Positions 32,471-34,310 of a stretch of DNA of 34,310 bases are shown piece by piece. The stretch covers positions 1 to 34,310 of the forward strand of contig JAXLNO010003516.1 of the NCBI GenBank assembly GCA_038087875.1. Reading direction: 5' to 3'. The notes below the pieces were generated by a model, which made no database searches, was not told the DNA's origin, and saw only the letters and a list, made by a program, of their open reading frames with translations. This stretch comes from Malacoraja senta. Taxonomy: Eukaryota. Position 1 is the stretch's first letter. Every line of letters starts with the position of its first letter. The translations under genes and the position numbers were made by a program.

Positions 32471-33276
32471 ACCCTATTAAAGGGAAGTAAATATGGGCAC
32501 TGACGGGATTTGAACCTGTGATCTTTGTTTCCAAGATGTTAAAGTTGGCACAGTTGCCTTACCAAATTGCCACAGTTATAATCTGAATCAGCACAAAATT
32601 ATACCGTAGTTGTTTTAAAATTTGAAAAACATCCTCCCACCCCCACTCTCAGTCTGAAACATATAAAATAGGTGCAGGAGTAGGCCATTCGGCCCTTCGA
32701 GCCAGCACAGCCATTGAATATGATCATGGCGGATCATCTAAATTCAATACCCCGTTCCTGCTTTTTCCCCATATCCCTTGATTCCCTTAGCCCTAAGAGC
32801 TAAATCTAACTCTCTCTTGAGAAGGGTCTCGACCCAAAACGTCACCCATTCTTCTATCCAGAGACGCTGCCTGTCCCGCTGAGTTACTCCAGCATTTTGT
32901 GTCTATCTTCGGAGTAAACCAGATAGACTGCAGTTCTGCAGACTGCACTTCCTTCCGACACATGTTTCTAGCCATTGGCAGAGAGGAGAGAAGCAGAGAC
33001 TGAAAGCAGAAGTCAAGGCTGTTATTTGCGAGCAGCGAAGTGTGGGAAATATACTGGAAAAGTGGCAGCACTTCTGGAGGAGATGGGAGACCAGTGTCAG
33101 AGCAGACATTCTGGAGTGAGCAGAGGCCAGTGGCATTGTAAGGCCCTCGTTTGTTCCAACGTCCTGTCTTTATAGACGGACGAAATGTGAGGGTGGGCGG
33201 GAGTCTGGCTGCTGAGCAACAGATGCTGTGTGTTGGCTGCTGTCATGCTGTTGTGGAACATGGAAGATGTCGTCTT

Positions 33277-33417
33277 GAGAGACAGAAAGAGAGAGGCAAA
33301 AACAGAGAGAGACAAAGACAGAGAGACAGAGAGTGGGACAGAGAGAGAGACAGAAACAGACAGAGTGAGAGAGACAGACAGACAGAGACAGTGAGAGACA
33401 CATAGACAGGGAGACAA

Positions 33418-33480
<63 letters not shown>

Positions 33481-33490
33481 AAAGAGAGGA
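33277..33490. repeat. (GA)n/(GACA)n microsatellite
   Basis: Long purine-rich gaga/gaca run, with a pure (GA)n at 33421-33476. Confidence 0.95.
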
Positions 33491-33542
33491 GGACATGGGG
33501 AAAGATGTATAATCGAGCGTAAAAGGCAAACTGTTGCAGTGT

Positions 33543-34310
33543 GTTATAAAGTGGAAGGCAGAGGAATCATTGTGAACGCCAGTGTATGAAGCAGGAGAGA
33601 GAAAGAGAGAGGACAAGGAGGTAGATGGAATGAAGGGAAGTGTAAAGGCAGTGTGAATGGGCTGGGTGTGGTATGTAGTATTAACACTGGTCTGTATTGT
33701 TAGCCTCTCTGTATTGTGGTTCAGTAGGGATACACTGGCACAATGTTCCAGTGAATGATGTCATTCAGAAGTTGGGTCTGTGATCTGGAGACCGTGTTCC
33801 CACCACTTCACAGCAGTGAGGAGTTTAAAGTCAATTAATTAAATCTGTGCAATTAAAGGCCTGTCTGTAGTTGTGACATTGGGAAAGCAATTGTTTAAGA
33901 AAGAACTGCAGATGCTGGAAAAATCGAAGGTAGACAAAAATGCTGGAGAAACTCAGCGGGTGAGGCAGCATCTATGGAGCGAAGGAATAGGTGACCTTTC
34001 GGGTCGAGACCCTTCTTCAGACTGATGTGGGGGCGGGATGAAGAAGAAAGGAAGAGGCGGAGGCAGTGGGCTGTGGGAGAGCTGGGAAGGGGAGGGGAAA
34101 GAGGAAGAAAGCAGGACTACCTGAAATTGGAGAAATCAATGTTCATACCGCTATTTCAGGTAGTCCTTGCTTTCTCCCTCTTTCCCCTCCCCTTCCCAGC
34201 TCTCCCACAGCCCACTGTCTCTGCCTCTTTCTTTCTTCTTCACCCCCCCCCACCACACACCCCCACCCACACATCAGTCTGAGGAAGGGTCTCAACCTGA
34301 AACATCACCT
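33543..34310. repeat. Segmental duplication copy C (distal part of the TM2 downstream flank; continues beyond the window)
   Basis: Colinear with 21948-22715 starting at gttataaagtggaaggcag, including the Penelope foldback. Confidence 0.92.

Noticed and set aside
33170-33616. Hydrophobic (SL)n ORF that looks like a membrane protein
   Set aside because: Translation of the (TC)n microsatellite
1-34310. Offsets between copies (23226 and 11595 bp) are almost 2:1, suggesting an 11.6-kb periodic array
   Set aside because: No copy of the block exists near 10-12 kb, and the intervals contain different transposons; the ratio is coincidental

Overview
Eukaryotic genomic DNA, almost certainly from a cartilaginous fish. 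The repeat landscape (HER1/CR1 LINEs, HE1/V-SINE-like SINEs, Penelope-derived repeats) suggests a skate or ray. The core is the 3' half of an immunoglobulin heavy-chain constant region on the minus strand, most likely IgW (skate IgX); IgNAR is not fully excluded. In transcription order (high to low coordinates) it contains: an orphan TM2 exon with poly(A) signal (26186-25602); a 5'-deleted remnant of CH3 (21945-21849); intact CH4 (21310-20993), CH5 (19994-19674) and CH6 plus secretory tailpiece (17377-16992); an unexpected extra CH4-like exon (13077-12760) lying downstream of the secretory exon; TM1 (5379-5240); and TM2 with 3'UTR (1624-1014). I found no V, D, J, CH1 or CH2 in the window. The block downstream of TM2 occurs three times (partial copies at both window ends), and one copy is fused directly into the middle of CH3. 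The intact CH4-to-TM2 cassette therefore appears to lack its own 5' half. The rest is dense transposon debris, including a structurally complete but decayed DIRS1-type tyrosine-recombinase retrotransposon (27446-31824) and Penelope-derived foldbacks carrying hammerhead-like motifs. Domain numbering comes from recalled similarity to shark IgNAR C2-C5 / IgW CH3-CH6 and was not checked by database search.
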